64,000 nt of DNA from Candidatus Izemoplasmatales bacterium (GTDB taxonomy: Bacteria; Bacillota_I; Bacilli_A; Izemoplasmatales; Hujiaoplasmataceae): the NCBI GenBank assembly GCA_050177605.1, contig JBFXGX010000005.1:1-64000 (forward strand), read 5' to 3'. The notes under the pieces were generated by a model, which was not told where the DNA came from, did not search any database, and saw nothing but the letters and a program-made list of their open reading frames with translations. Positions within the stretch are counted from its first letter, which is position 1; every line of letters starts with the position of its first letter. Below, piece by piece: positions 54,888 through 64,000 of the stretch. Made by a program: the position numbers and the translations under genes.

Positions 54888-57800
54888 AATTTATTTTCGT
54901 GTTTTTGTTCATATTTTTAATAACCAAGTCAAAAAATTCTGTTGCTGTAAATAACCAATGTTTTTTCAGTTCAATCGTATCAATTGTAATATGTATTTTT
55001 TCTTCCTTGTACGAAAAACGAATATAAGGGGATATTTTATACCCAGATGCAAATAAAGTATCTCCTGCGAGGAATTTACTGCCCTCTACGCTAACAATGA
55101 ATGTAATGTTTGTTTTTGTTTCATGAATTTTTTCAATATCGATGAATTTTGTTTGCACTTCGAACAAACGTTCTACCATATAAATATGTAATTCTTCATC
55201 AACTTTCCCAAACCTATCTTTTAGTTCATCAAGCAAATCTTGAACATCTTCCATGTTCGTGATTGCTTGAATCTTTTTATGCATTTCGATTTTGATGAAG
55301 TCATCTTCGATATATACCTGATCAATATATTTTGAAACTCTTGCCTTAACGCCTTTTGCTGTTTCTTGTTTTTCAGACAATCCTTGCTTTTCTTTAATTT
55401 CTTCTTCCAAAATCCGCATATAAAGGTCAATCCCAACTGAATCGATGAATCCCGATTGTTCACTTCCTAGCACATCTCCAGCACCTCGTATTGACAAATC
55501 TCTAATCGCGATTTTAAATCCACTACCCAACTCTGTGAATTCTTTTATTACTTTAAGCCGCTTAACGGCGTCTTCAGTAAGGACTTTTTCTTTTTTGTAC
55601 ATTAAATAGGCATAAGCGATGCGGTTTGTTCTACCTACTCGGCCTCTGATTTGATACAGTTGTGATAGTCCGAGTCTATCGGCATCGTGTACAATAAGTG
55701 TGTTTGCATTCGGAATGTCAATTCCGGTTTCAATTATTGTCGTCGACAATAATACATCAATCTCTTGTTCAATAAAATCGTCTACAACCCGTTCAAGCGT
55801 ATCTTTGTGCATTCTTCCGTGAGCAACTTGAATTCTTGCCTCTGGTACTAATTTTTGAAGTTTCGCTGCAATATTATCAATATCTTCAATTTTGTTATAA
55901 AGGTAGAAGACTTGACCTCCCCGCATTAATTCTCTTTCAATTGCGTCTTTGACTAGTATCTCATTGCGTTCTAAGACGTAAGTTTGAATAGGATACCTAT
56001 TTTCAGGAGCGGTTTCGAGTAAAGACATATTTTTTACACCCATGATTGCCATTTGAAGGGTTCTTGGAATCGGCGTTGCGGAAAGAGAAAGAACATCAAT
56101 CGATACTTTCATCTCTTTAATCCGTTCTTTGTGAAGTACACCAAATCTTTGTTCCTCATCAATCACAAGCAATCCTAAATCTTTAAACAAAATATCTTTG
56201 CTTAAAATACGGTGTGTTCCAATTAACACATCGATTGTTCCTTCTTTTATTTTCTTTAAAATCAAAGTTTGTTCTTTTTTGGTCACAAAGCGATTTAATA
56301 ACGCAACTTGAATGCCATATTTTTCCATACGATCTCTAAAAGTATGAAAGTGTTGTTTTGATAAAACAGTTGTGGGTGCTAAATATGCAACCTGCTTGTT
56401 GTTGAGGACGGCGCGGAAAGCAGCTCGTAAAGCAACCTCGGTTTTCCCAAACCCGACATCGCCACATAATAATCGATCCATCGGTTTAGATAGTTTCATA
56501 TCTTGTAAAACTTCAAGAATTGCTTTCTTTTGATCAATTGTTTCAGAATATGGGAAATCATTCTCAAATTCACGTTCCATATCTGCATATTCAAGAAAAG
56601 CAAAACCAGGAGAGTTTTCTCGTTCTGCATACAACTTGATTAATTGATCCGCAATATCTTTCGCTTTATCCCTAACACGTTGTTTAGTTTTTGCCCAATC
56701 ACTTCCACCAAGTTTAGAAAGCCTTGGAACGAACCCCTCACTTCCAGAGTACTTTTGAATCTGGTGAATAGACTCAAGAGGGATGTATAGTTTATCGCCA
56801 TCTCGATACTCAAGATGAATATAATCATTCATTACATTTCCTAAATCCATCGTCTTGACTTCAAGAAATTTACCAATACCATAATCGTAATGAACAATAT
56901 AATCGCCAGGCTTTAAATCATGGATTGAAGACAGCCTCTTGCTTGTCTCAAAAACAGAAACATATCTCCCTTTTTTCTTGATGTTTTTAAGTTGAAAAAT
57001 CGTCGAATCTGTGATGATATGAAGCTTAAGAACATCACTGTTCAAATCAAAATAATGGTCAGACTCAATTAAATTCAAGGCGTTTTTTTGAAACGAAGTT
57101 TCATCACTTCTTAACACATAAGGAATCTTGTTTTCATCGAATATCGATTTAATTTCAACAAAATTCTTTTTTGATGAAACCGCTATAATTAGCGTATTTC
57201 TACCAATTTCAGTTCGAATGTCAGAAACAAACAAATCAAGATTCGATCGGTAGGATAAGATTTCTTTTCCAAAGAGTGAAAATTGGTTTTCATAATCTCC
57301 CTTATCGGCATAATCAAAGTAATCAACATCTACACGTTTTTGAAATTCCATCTCATCAATTGGATAGATTAAATCAAAGCCCATTTTCGGATAATCGCTC
57401 GTGGATAAATACCAATCTTTGATTTCTTCAATCATAATTTTTACTTGTTCTTTTATGCGGTGATTATCCATAAAAAAGACTGTAGGTTTTTCAACATAAT
57501 CTAAAATTGTAGTTCGTTTTTGAGTTATAAAAGGAATATATCTTGTTAATCGATCAAGTTCTGTATGGTCTTTAAGATGAGCTAAATCTTGATTGATTTT
57601 ATCTAATGACTCCTTTGTAAATTCCACTTCATTTATTCTGTTTTTTATGTATTTTTCCAATTTTAAGTAATCGTCTTCTTGATAGATGAATTCCGTAAAG
57701 GGTATGATTTTAATCTCGCCAACACTTTCAAAAGAGCGTTGGGATTCAATATCAAATCGTTTAATTGTATCGATTTCATCCCCAAAAAAATCAAGTCTAA

Positions 57801-58374
57801 ATGGATGCTTTTCACCAATTAAATAGATATCAACAATTCCTCCTCGAACAGAATAATCTCCAGGTTTTTCGACAGTATATTCTTGTGAGTAACCTAAGTC
57901 AAACAATTTTGACATTAAAGTTTCACGGCTGATTTCTCCTCCTGTTTTCAAGGTGAATATTGCTTCTTTCCATGCGTCTTGTTCAAGTTCCGGTTTCATT
58001 AAACCCGCAAGGTGTGTAACTAAAATTCTTGGAGCAGAATCAAATATCGTTGCAATAGTAGACATTCTTTCCATTTTAAGTTCCATGGAAGATACTAATA
58101 ATTCACTTGTGATGAACTCATCTTGAGGAAAGAAAGAAACTTGTTTATCATTTAATATCGTAGAAATCTTATCATAGACCATCTGTGCAGAATACAGATT
58201 TGGACAGACTAAAACAACATTCTCTTGGTAAGTTAAAAAGTAATGAAGGATGTATAAAAGCGCATTTTCTTCATTGGTGTTTTTAATATGAACGTTGACC
58301 TTCTTTTGATGAATTGATTGATTCAAAGAAGAAATAACTTGATTTTCATCTAAGAATGTTTGTAGTTTTTTCAT
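54886..58374 (-). CDS. mfd: Transcription-repair coupling factor
   Basis: UvrB-like N-terminus (RGGIVD, FFGDEI), RID (VHYDYGIG), CGDVGFGKTEVA, IDEEQRFG, SATPIPRT, QIRGRVGR. Confidence 0.97.
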   Translation of the reverse strand: MKKLQTFLDENQVISSLNQSIHQKKVNVHIKNTNEENALLYILHYFLTYQENVVLVCPNLYSAQMVYDKISTILNDKQVSFFPQDEFITSELLVSSMELKMERMSTIATIFDSAPRILVTHLAGLMKPELEQDAWKEAIFTLKTGGEISRETLMSKLFDLGYSQEYTVEKPGDYSVRGGIVDIYLIGEKHPFRLDFFGDEIDTIKRFDIESQRSFESVGEIKIIPFTEFIYQEDDYLKLEKYIKNRINEVEFTKESLDKINQDLAHLKDHTELDRLTRYIPFITQKRTTILDYVEKPTVFFMDNHRIKEQVKIMIEEIKDWYLSTSDYPKMGFDLIYPIDEMEFQKRVDVDYFDYADKGDYENQFSLFGKEILSYRSNLDLFVSDIRTEIGRNTLIIAVSSKKNFVEIKSIFDENKIPYVLRSDETSFQKNALNLIESDHYFDLNSDVLKLHIITDSTIFQLKNIKKKGRYVSVFETSKRLSSIHDLKPGDYIVHYDYGIGKFLEVKTMDLGNVMNDYIHLEYRDGDKLYIPLESIHQIQKYSGSEGFVPRLSKLGGSDWAKTKQRVRDKAKDIADQLIKLYAERENSPGFAFLEYADMEREFENDFPYSETIDQKKAILEVLQDMKLSKPMDRLLCGDVGFGKTEVALRAAFRAVLNNKQVAYLAPTTVLSKQHFHTFRDRMEKYGIQVALLNRFVTKKEQTLILKKIKEGTIDVLIGTHRILSKDILFKDLGLLVIDEEQRFGVLHKERIKEMKVSIDVLSLSATPIPRTLQMAIMGVKNMSLLETAPENRYPIQTYVLERNEILVKDAIERELMRGGQVFYLYNKIEDIDNIAAKLQKLVPEARIQVAHGRMHKDTLERVVDDFIEQEIDVLLSTTIIETGIDIPNANTLIVHDADRLGLSQLYQIRGRVGRTNRIAYAYLMYKKEKVLTEDAVKRLKVIKEFTELGSGFKIAIRDLSIRGAGDVLGSEQSGFIDSVGIDLYMRILEEEIKEKQGLSEKQETAKGVKARVSKYIDQVYIEDDFIKIEMHKKIQAITNMEDVQDLLDELKDRFGKVDEELHIYMVERLFEVQTKFIDIEKIHETKTNITFIVSVEGSKFLAGDTLFASGYKISPYIRFSYKEEKIHITIDTIELKKHWLFTATEFFDLVIKNMNKNTKIN

Positions 58375-58442
58375 CATTACCTCCACGTCGTTTTAGCGAG
58401 TCTTGTGGACTCGCTGGGGTATCGCTATTTAATTATGGTTAT

Positions 58443-58451
58443 ATTATATCA
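58443..58451 (-). promoter_or_regulatory. Extended -10 promoter for mfd
   Basis: TGATATAAT immediately after the SDR stop. Confidence 0.5.
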
Positions 58452-59210
58452 CTAGTTTTTCTTTTTTGTTTGTATTTTATACGAGACTTTTAGAATTAGT
58501 CCGGTCGGAATAAAACGTAATGCAAACCGCATTAATTTCATCTGTACACCTGGAATAATCACTGGTTTTCTCTTAAACATTCCATTGACCGCGACTTTAG
58601 CGCAATACTCGGCACTAATACCAGGAAGACCAAAATTATCCGCTTCAGCAACTTGTCCAAACTCTGTTTTCACTGGTCCAGGACATAATACACTTAATCG
58701 TAAGTCTTTCTTTTGTTTTTTTAATTCGTAGTTTACTGCTTGGCTAAATGAAACAACGTAACTTTTAGAAGCTGCATAAGTCGCAAGTAACGGTGTAGGC
58801 AGGAAAGCGGCCATACTTCCTACGTTTAAAATAATCCCTTTTTGCATTGATTTTGAATATAACTTTGTTAGCGTATGAAGTCCAATGATATTGAGCGATA
58901 ACATCTCAATTTCGCTTTCAAGAGGGATGTTCTCAAATCGGCCGGTCTTTCCAAACCCTGCGTTATTTACAAATATCTCAATAGGATATTCTTTGGTTTC
59001 TTCATGAAGTTTATAACAGTTTTCTAGCACTGAAAGATCTTTGACATTTACTACAACATCAACTCCATATTGCTTTGAAAGCTCTGTTTTTAGTTCTTCA
59101 AGTCTTTCTTTCCTTCGTGCAACTAAAATAAGATCTATTTTCTTTGCGGCTAATAATCTCGCAATTTCTCTTCCGATTCCGCTACTAGCTCCTGTGATTA
59201 CTGCGTACAT
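58452..59210 (-). CDS. Short-chain dehydrogenase/reductase
   Basis: TGASSGIG, NNAGFG, YAASK, LCPGPVKTEF. Confidence 0.93.
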   Translation of the reverse strand: MYAVITGASSGIGREIARLLAAKKIDLILVARRKERLEELKTELSKQYGVDVVVNVKDLSVLENCYKLHEETKEYPIEIFVNNAGFGKTGRFENIPLESEIEMLSLNIIGLHTLTKLYSKSMQKGIILNVGSMAAFLPTPLLATYAASKSYVVSFSQAVNYELKKQKKDLRLSVLCPGPVKTEFGQVAEADNFGLPGISAEYCAKVAVNGMFKRKPVIIPGVQMKLMRFALRFIPTGLILKVSYKIQTKKKN

Positions 59211-59229
59211 ATGATCCCTCGATTCATCT

Positions 59230-60003
59230 CTAATTCGTTTGATTTTTTTTCCTTCTAATTAACATAAATGCTGCGATAATAAACATAATAATACTAATAT
59301 ATTGTGAAGGTGTTGGGAAATTGGAATAAGTCCCCTGAATAATCGTTAGAAATTCACCACGATCATCACCACGAATAAATTCAATTAAAAATCTCCAAGC
59401 CCCATATCCAATTAAATAGACTTCAAATTCGATTCCTTTGAATTTTTTTGCTTTATTTAAAACAAAGAAGAAGATAAATAAGAAAATTGCTTCAAATAAT
59501 TGCGTTGGATAGACTGGTATTCCTCCTGATTCTCCATAAGGAAACGAAACTCCGAGGAATGAATCGGTTGGAATTCCATAACAACATCCTGCAAAAGTAC
59601 ATCCAATTCGGCCAAAAGCATGTGCTAACACAACACCTACAATTAGCGTGTTAAGAATCGGTTTTAGTTTTGGTTTAAATTTCTTGTTTCCTAAGGTGAT
59701 TAGTAATAAAAAAGCAACAAGGCCACCAATTAATCCCCCTAAAAAGGTAATCGATCCAAATGCGGCTTCGCCTTCATGTAAACTGTGAAAAATTCCATCA
59801 GACAGCCAACTAAACCCTAAAGCTCCTGCTAAACTTATTGCAATATAAATGAGTAACGTGTTCGCTTCTTGTCTTGTAAATCCATCTACTTTTTCGAAAC
59901 GATCACCAACATAAAGAAGCATAAAAAAGATACCGATGGCAATCATTACATTGTAAAGTGGTACATTATAGCCTAAAATATCTGGTAATAAAAATGGGTA
60001 CAT
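59230..60003 (-). CDS. Second Lgt-family protein
   Basis: GRIGC..AGCCYG, YPTQLFE, YG.WRFLIEFIRGD; 7 TM helices. Confidence 0.85.
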   Translation of the reverse strand: MYPFLLPDILGYNVPLYNVMIAIGIFFMLLYVGDRFEKVDGFTRQEANTLLIYIAISLAGALGFSWLSDGIFHSLHEGEAAFGSITFLGGLIGGLVAFLLLITLGNKKFKPKLKPILNTLIVGVVLAHAFGRIGCTFAGCCYGIPTDSFLGVSFPYGESGGIPVYPTQLFEAIFLFIFFFVLNKAKKFKGIEFEVYLIGYGAWRFLIEFIRGDDRGEFLTIIQGTYSNFPTPSQYISIIMFIIAAFMLIRRKKNQTN

Positions 60004-60080
60004 GTCTTCCCCTCCTTAATAAAGATTATATCATAAACATTTCTTTCTTGATTATTTATAATCGGAATAAATTTTCAACT

Positions 60081-60112
60081 AAAAAAATAGCAGACTTTTG
60101 GTCTGCTATTTT
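60081..60112 (-). terminator. pth terminator
   Basis: AAAATAGCAGAC-CAAAA-GTCTGCTATTTT plus T-run. Confidence 0.8.
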
Positions 60113-60114
60113 AC

Positions 60115-60672
60115 TTATAACGAATTATATTTAGTCATAATATTAGAAAATGGTACTTCACGAAAGAAATCATCAATCATTTGGTCAACAGAGATTGCTA
60201 GGTCTGATAATTCTTTCAACTCTTGCTTAGAAAAATTACTTAAAACTTGTTCTGCAGCATCTGCAAATTGATCTCTATCGATGCCAACACGACAACGTTT
60301 AAAGTTTTCAGAACCTAAAGAAGAAATAATCGATTTTAATCCATTATGCCCTCCGGCGCCGCCCTTTTCTCTTAATCTAAGTTTAGAAAATGGTAAATCT
60401 AAATCATCAGAAATCACCAAAACATCCTCTGGAGCAATATTATAATACTCCGTAAGAGCTCTAACAGAATTTCCTGATAAGTTCATATACGTTTTCGGCT
60501 TCAAAAGATAATCTTTCCCGATTTGTAATACTTCACCTTGAAACTTAGGTTCCTTTTTAAAATGGAGCTTGTTTGCTTTAGCATATTGGTCTAAACAGAT
60601 AAAACCAATGTTGTGTTTAGACTTTTCATAAGCCTTGCCAGGATTACCAAGTCCAACAACTAAGCGAGCCAT
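60115..60672 (-). CDS. pth: Peptidyl-tRNA hydrolase
   Basis: VGLGNPG, HNIGF, KP.TYMNLSG, GGHNGLKSI. Confidence 0.96.
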   Translation of the reverse strand: MARLVVGLGNPGKAYEKSKHNIGFICLDQYAKANKLHFKKEPKFQGEVLQIGKDYLLKPKTYMNLSGNSVRALTEYYNIAPEDVLVISDDLDLPFSKLRLREKGGAGGHNGLKSIISSLGSENFKRCRVGIDRDQFADAAEQVLSNFSKQELKELSDLAISVDQMIDDFFREVPFSNIMTKYNSL

Positions 60673-60674
60673 AT

Positions 60675-61295
60675 TTATTTGTTTCTAGGTTTAATCACAA
60701 CGTAACGATTTGGTTCTTCGCCTTCTGATTCCGTCGTGACATCACGCCAATCTGCTAATTTTGTATGGATAACTCTACGTTCGTAGGCATTCATTTTGCT
60801 TAAACGAACAGCAAATCTAGAATGAGCAACTTCTTTTGCGGTTTTTGTCGCCAAAATTTCAAGTTGTTTCTTTCTTTGTGCTTTATATCCACCAACATCC
60901 ACAAGAACCATATAGTGTTCGTCAGTAAAAATATTAATATAGTTTTTTAGAAGAACTTGGATAGCGTCCAATGTTTTTCCGTTCTTGCCAATTAAAATTG
61001 GGTTTTCGTTTGCATCAACAAGGAAAGTGATTTGTTTGTTATCTCCTGGTCTTGCTTCAACAACAGCTTCAATTTCCATATCTGCAAGAACTGCTTTTAA
61101 ATACATAATGGAGTCTTTAACAACATCAAATTTTACGCTAGCTTCAACGATGTATGTTTTATTTAACCCTAGAATACTTTTCTTTTCTTCTACAATTTCT
61201 AAATTGACATAATCTTTATTTACACGAAGTTCTCCCGCTGCATATTTTAGGGTTGCTTCGTTCATTGCTTTTGCTTCAAATTGAATTGATTTCAT
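60675..61295 (-). CDS. jag: RNA-binding protein Jag/EloR (KH plus R3H)
   Basis: LIGKNGKTLDAIQ, MNAYERRVIH, SEGEEPNRYVVI; downstream of yidC. Confidence 0.93.
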   Translation of the reverse strand: MKSIQFEAKAMNEATLKYAAGELRVNKDYVNLEIVEEKKSILGLNKTYIVEASVKFDVVKDSIMYLKAVLADMEIEAVVEARPGDNKQITFLVDANENPILIGKNGKTLDAIQVLLKNYINIFTDEHYMVLVDVGGYKAQRKKQLEILATKTAKEVAHSRFAVRLSKMNAYERRVIHTKLADWRDVTTESEGEEPNRYVVIKPRNK

Positions 61296-61305
61296 TTTTC
61301 TCCCC

Positions 61306-62412
61306 CTAGAACTGCTTTCTTAATTCTTCTTGTCTTTTATCGGACTGTCTATGAGAAATATAACTTTGGAATAATTGGTAGGTATTACCAATAATCCAAT
61401 AGAAGGCGATACCTGCGTTTTGTAACGCAATGGATCCCATCATCACAATCATACCATACATAAAAATTTGCATTTGGTTTTGAGTTTTTTGTTGTTGAGG
61501 TGATTGATATCTTCTACGTTGATTTTTCTTTTGACGAACTTGCATTAATTTTTGACTTAAGTACATTGTCCCCACAACGACTAAAGCTAAAGGTAAGTTA
61601 GCTAACCAACCTGTGTTTCCTAGGTTTGTCCACAAGAATACAGTGTTCATATCAATTCCAGATCCACCGAATACCGATGTTTCAGTTACAGGGAATCTTT
61701 GAACTACTTGATACATCGCGATAAAGATAGGCATTTGTAATAAAGGCATCAGACATCCAGCAAAATTGATCTTATATCTTTTATAGATATCCATCATTTC
61801 CATTTGTTTTCTTTGTTGAGAAGCTTGATCTGTTCTACCTTCGTATTTTTCGTTTAATTTATCTAGTTCAGGTTGAGCTAATTGCATTTTTAATGTCATA
61901 TCATTACTTTTAGCATAAACTGGCCAAGCTGCAGTTCTTACAACTAAAGTCATAATTAATAATCCAATCCAATAATAATAACTATCGCCTAATAAACCGA
62001 AAAGGTTACTCGCGTGGAAAGTAAAAGAGCCTAGTTGTAATATAATCCAATCCCAAACCCCTCCGTTTTCAACAATAGGAGTTTTATAAATCGATTGATA
62101 AAGTCCTGTTTGTGTTTTGTTGACAGCATCAAAATCTACAAAATAAACTTTAACATCATAATCGGATGAGGTCCACTCTAAAGAACCAGTTCCTGTTGAG
62201 TAATTGTATTGTGAATCATCTGTAGCATCGCCAAGTAAAACGATTACTTGGTTGGTTGAACTAACATTAGCAATGTCAACCCCTGAAGCAGGAACAACAA
62301 TAGATGTATAGTTGTTATACGATACTTCTCCTGTTTTCGTTCCACACGATACGACACCAAACAATAAGAAAATGCTTAGTGCAATCATTAATAGTTTGTT
62401 TTTTTTCATCAT
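61306..62412 (-). CDS. yidC: Membrane protein insertase YidC/SpoIIIJ (lipoprotein-type N-terminus)
   Basis: Lipobox VVSC; TLVVR...P, QPEL..L..KY, GCLMPLLQMPIF, FYW..GN. Confidence 0.93.
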   Translation of the reverse strand: MMKKNKLLMIALSIFLLFGVVSCGTKTGEVSYNNYTSIVVPASGVDIANVSSTNQVIVLLGDATDDSQYNYSTGTGSLEWTSSDYDVKVYFVDFDAVNKTQTGLYQSIYKTPIVENGGVWDWIILQLGSFTFHASNLFGLLGDSYYYWIGLLIMTLVVRTAAWPVYAKSNDMTLKMQLAQPELDKLNEKYEGRTDQASQQRKQMEMMDIYKRYKINFAGCLMPLLQMPIFIAMYQVVQRFPVTETSVFGGSGIDMNTVFLWTNLGNTGWLANLPLALVVVGTMYLSQKLMQVRQKKNQRRRYQSPQQQKTQNQMQIFMYGMIVMMGSIALQNAGIAFYWIIGNTYQLFQSYISHRQSDKRQEELRKQF

Positions 62413-62418
62413 AAATTT

Positions 62419-62754
62419 TTATCCTTCTAATATTTTCGCACGCGCGAATAGTTTTGTTAATTTTTCTTCAATTTCCTGAAACGAAAGACTGTTTGCCTTT
62501 GGTTTTACAATGATAAAGAATTCTAAATTTTGTTGAAATTTGTATTTTCTTACAATTTCACGAATCCTTCGTTTCATTAAATTTCTTGAAACAGCAATTC
62601 CGTACTTTTTTGGAACGCTAACTGCAAAACGAAAATGAGGTAACTCGGATCCTCTTTTTTTGTAAATTACAAAATAGCCATCGCCGACGCTATCCTTTTG
62701 GTTCATTATGATTTCAATTTCAGCGCTTTTTTTTACACGATAAGCTTTTTCCAT
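62419..62754 (-). CDS. rnpA: Ribonuclease P protein component
   Basis: FAVSVPKKYG.AV.RN.MKRRIRE. Confidence 0.95.
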   Translation of the reverse strand: MEKAYRVKKSAEIEIIMNQKDSVGDGYFVIYKKRGSELPHFRFAVSVPKKYGIAVSRNLMKRRIREIVRKYKFQQNLEFFIIVKPKANSLSFQEIEEKLTKLFARAKILEG

Positions 62755-62850
62755 TTTTACCTCCTAAAAAAACAAAAAAACCACCAAAAATATAATATTC
62801 AGGTGATTACAGGTATCATTATATATTAGGTGTGAAATGATATTTTGTTT

Positions 62851-62991
62851 TTAACGGTCGGATACAGTTAATGACTTGCGGCCTCTTGCTCTTCTTCTTG
62901 CTAATACTTTACGGCCGTTTGCAGTTTCCATTCTTGCTCTAAAACCATGTGTACGTGCTCTTTTGATTTTACTAGGTTGATATGTTGGCAT
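62851..62991 (-). CDS. rpmH: 50S ribosomal protein L34 (absent from the ORF track, 46 aa)
   Basis: Manual translation [55 protein letters not shown]. Confidence 0.96.
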   Translation of the reverse strand: MPTYQPSKIKRARTHGFRARMETANGRKVLARRRARGRKSLTVSDR

Positions 62992-63009
62992 ATTGGCACC
63001 TCCTAACAA

Positions 63010-63300
63010 TTTTATCCAAAAACCATGCTATATCATTATAATTTATTTATATCTCTATGTCAACAATTATTCTCTTTAATTACATAATTTTTTTGATAAT
63101 TATCCACAATTCAAAATCGCTCAATTAGGGCCTCATTTTATCTTATAAACCTTTACACATTTCGTGTTGATGGAACGATTTCAACACAATGTGGAAAACT
63201 GTGTTTAAGCGCCATATTTAGATATATTTTTTCCACATTTTGATGGTTGATAAGATTTTTTTAGTAAAAGTTATCCACATAATTTGTGGAAAAGTATTTT
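63010..63300. other. oriC region: DnaA-box cluster between rpmH and dnaA
   Basis: TTATCCACA at 63100-63108 and 63271-63279; TTTTCCACA at 63229-63237 and on the reverse strand at 63190-63198 and 63285-63293; TTATCCAAA at 63012-63020. Confidence 0.88.
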
Positions 63301-63354
63301 CTTCATTTTTTTGAAGTTGTGATATATTATTTATAAGATATAGGGGTAACGAAA

Positions 63355-64000
63355 ATGGAACAATTCGAATTAATCTGGAACAAAATAAAAAATCAACTTC
63401 AAATTTCTCTAGATGAAGATGTATATAATGAGCAATTTGCTAATATTACAACTGTTTTTAAGGTTGTCAATAATACGGTTTATTTGATCGTACCGAACTC
63501 CTTCATCAAAGGTAAAATTGAATCTTTTTATTTGAATCGACTCAATGGAATGTTGAATGAATATACTTCTGAAAAGCATATGTTTCGTATTATGACAAAA
63601 GATCAAGCTGCAGAAGAATTAGCAAAAGCCAATGTATATGAGATTAATACGCCAGAAAAAGATTTGGAAAACAAATACAAAACTGGATTAAATAATATCT
63701 ATACCTTTGAAAATTTTGTTGTTGGAGCATCCAACCGTCTTGCCTACACTAGTGCGATGAAAGTAGCGGATCAACCAGGAGTTTTTGCAAATCCTCTTTA
63801 TGTTTTTGGTGATGTTGGTCTAGGAAAAACTCATCTAATGCAATGTGTTGGTAATTTTATTTTAGAAAACGATATAAACAAAAAAGTACTCTACGTAAAA
63901 ACAGATCAATTCATTGAAGATTATGCAAAAGCTGCTCAAAAGAAATCCTTCGATGATTTTTCAAAAAAATATGAAAATGTTGATATTTTACTTGTGGATG
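63355..64000 (+). CDS. dnaA: Chromosomal replication initiator DnaA (3' truncated by window end)
   Basis: Manual translation MEQFELIWNKIK...YTFENFVVGASNRLA...NPLYVFGDVGLGKTHL...DILLVD; AGGGG RBS. Confidence 0.97.
   Translation, partial: MEQFELIWNKIKNQLQISLDEDVYNEQFANITTVFKVVNNTVYLIVPNSFIKGKIESFYLNRLNGMLNEYTSEKHMFRIMTKDQAAEELAKANVYEINTPEKDLENKYKTGLNNIYTFENFVVGASNRLAYTSAMKVADQPGVFANPLYVFGDVGLGKTHLMQCVGNFILENDINKKVLYVKTDQFIEDYAKAAQKKSFDDFSKKYENVDILLVD

Overview
AT-rich bacterial chromosome segment ending at the replication origin (rpmH <- oriC with DnaA boxes -> dnaA, truncated by the window end). Nearly all genes lie on the minus strand, pointing away from the origin. Translation table 11 (TGA is a stop), Firmicutes-like gene clusters lacking their usual cell-wall members, and a GlnRS suggest a basal Mollicute/Tenericute (Acholeplasmatales/Izemoplasmatales-like; inference). 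Content is mostly housekeeping: two tRNA-Ser, tex, acpS, whiA, trxB, lgt, hprK, uvrA, ligA, pcrA, glnS, tsaEBD/rimI, pgi, ispDF, dacA, dusB, hslO, rsmA, rnmV, serS, gyrAB, recF, mfd, pth, jag, yidC, rnpA, rpmH. The most unusual locus is a hipB-hipA toxin-antitoxin module whose HipA kinase reads in frame, with no stop, into a complete HflX ribosome-splitting GTPase (822 aa); a one-base change in an A6 run would separate the two genes. Other notable items: an Lgt carrying its own lipobox and a B-repeat-like domain, a degenerate CrtI-like/SCP2/membrane fusion next to a degenerate PAS-GGDEF protein and dacA, a YfhO/GtrB/GtrA glycosylation cassette, a structured mfd leader, and a rearranged origin region. 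All calls come from motif recognition by eye; no database searches were run. Several start codons were moved from the ORF track to RBS-supported starts.
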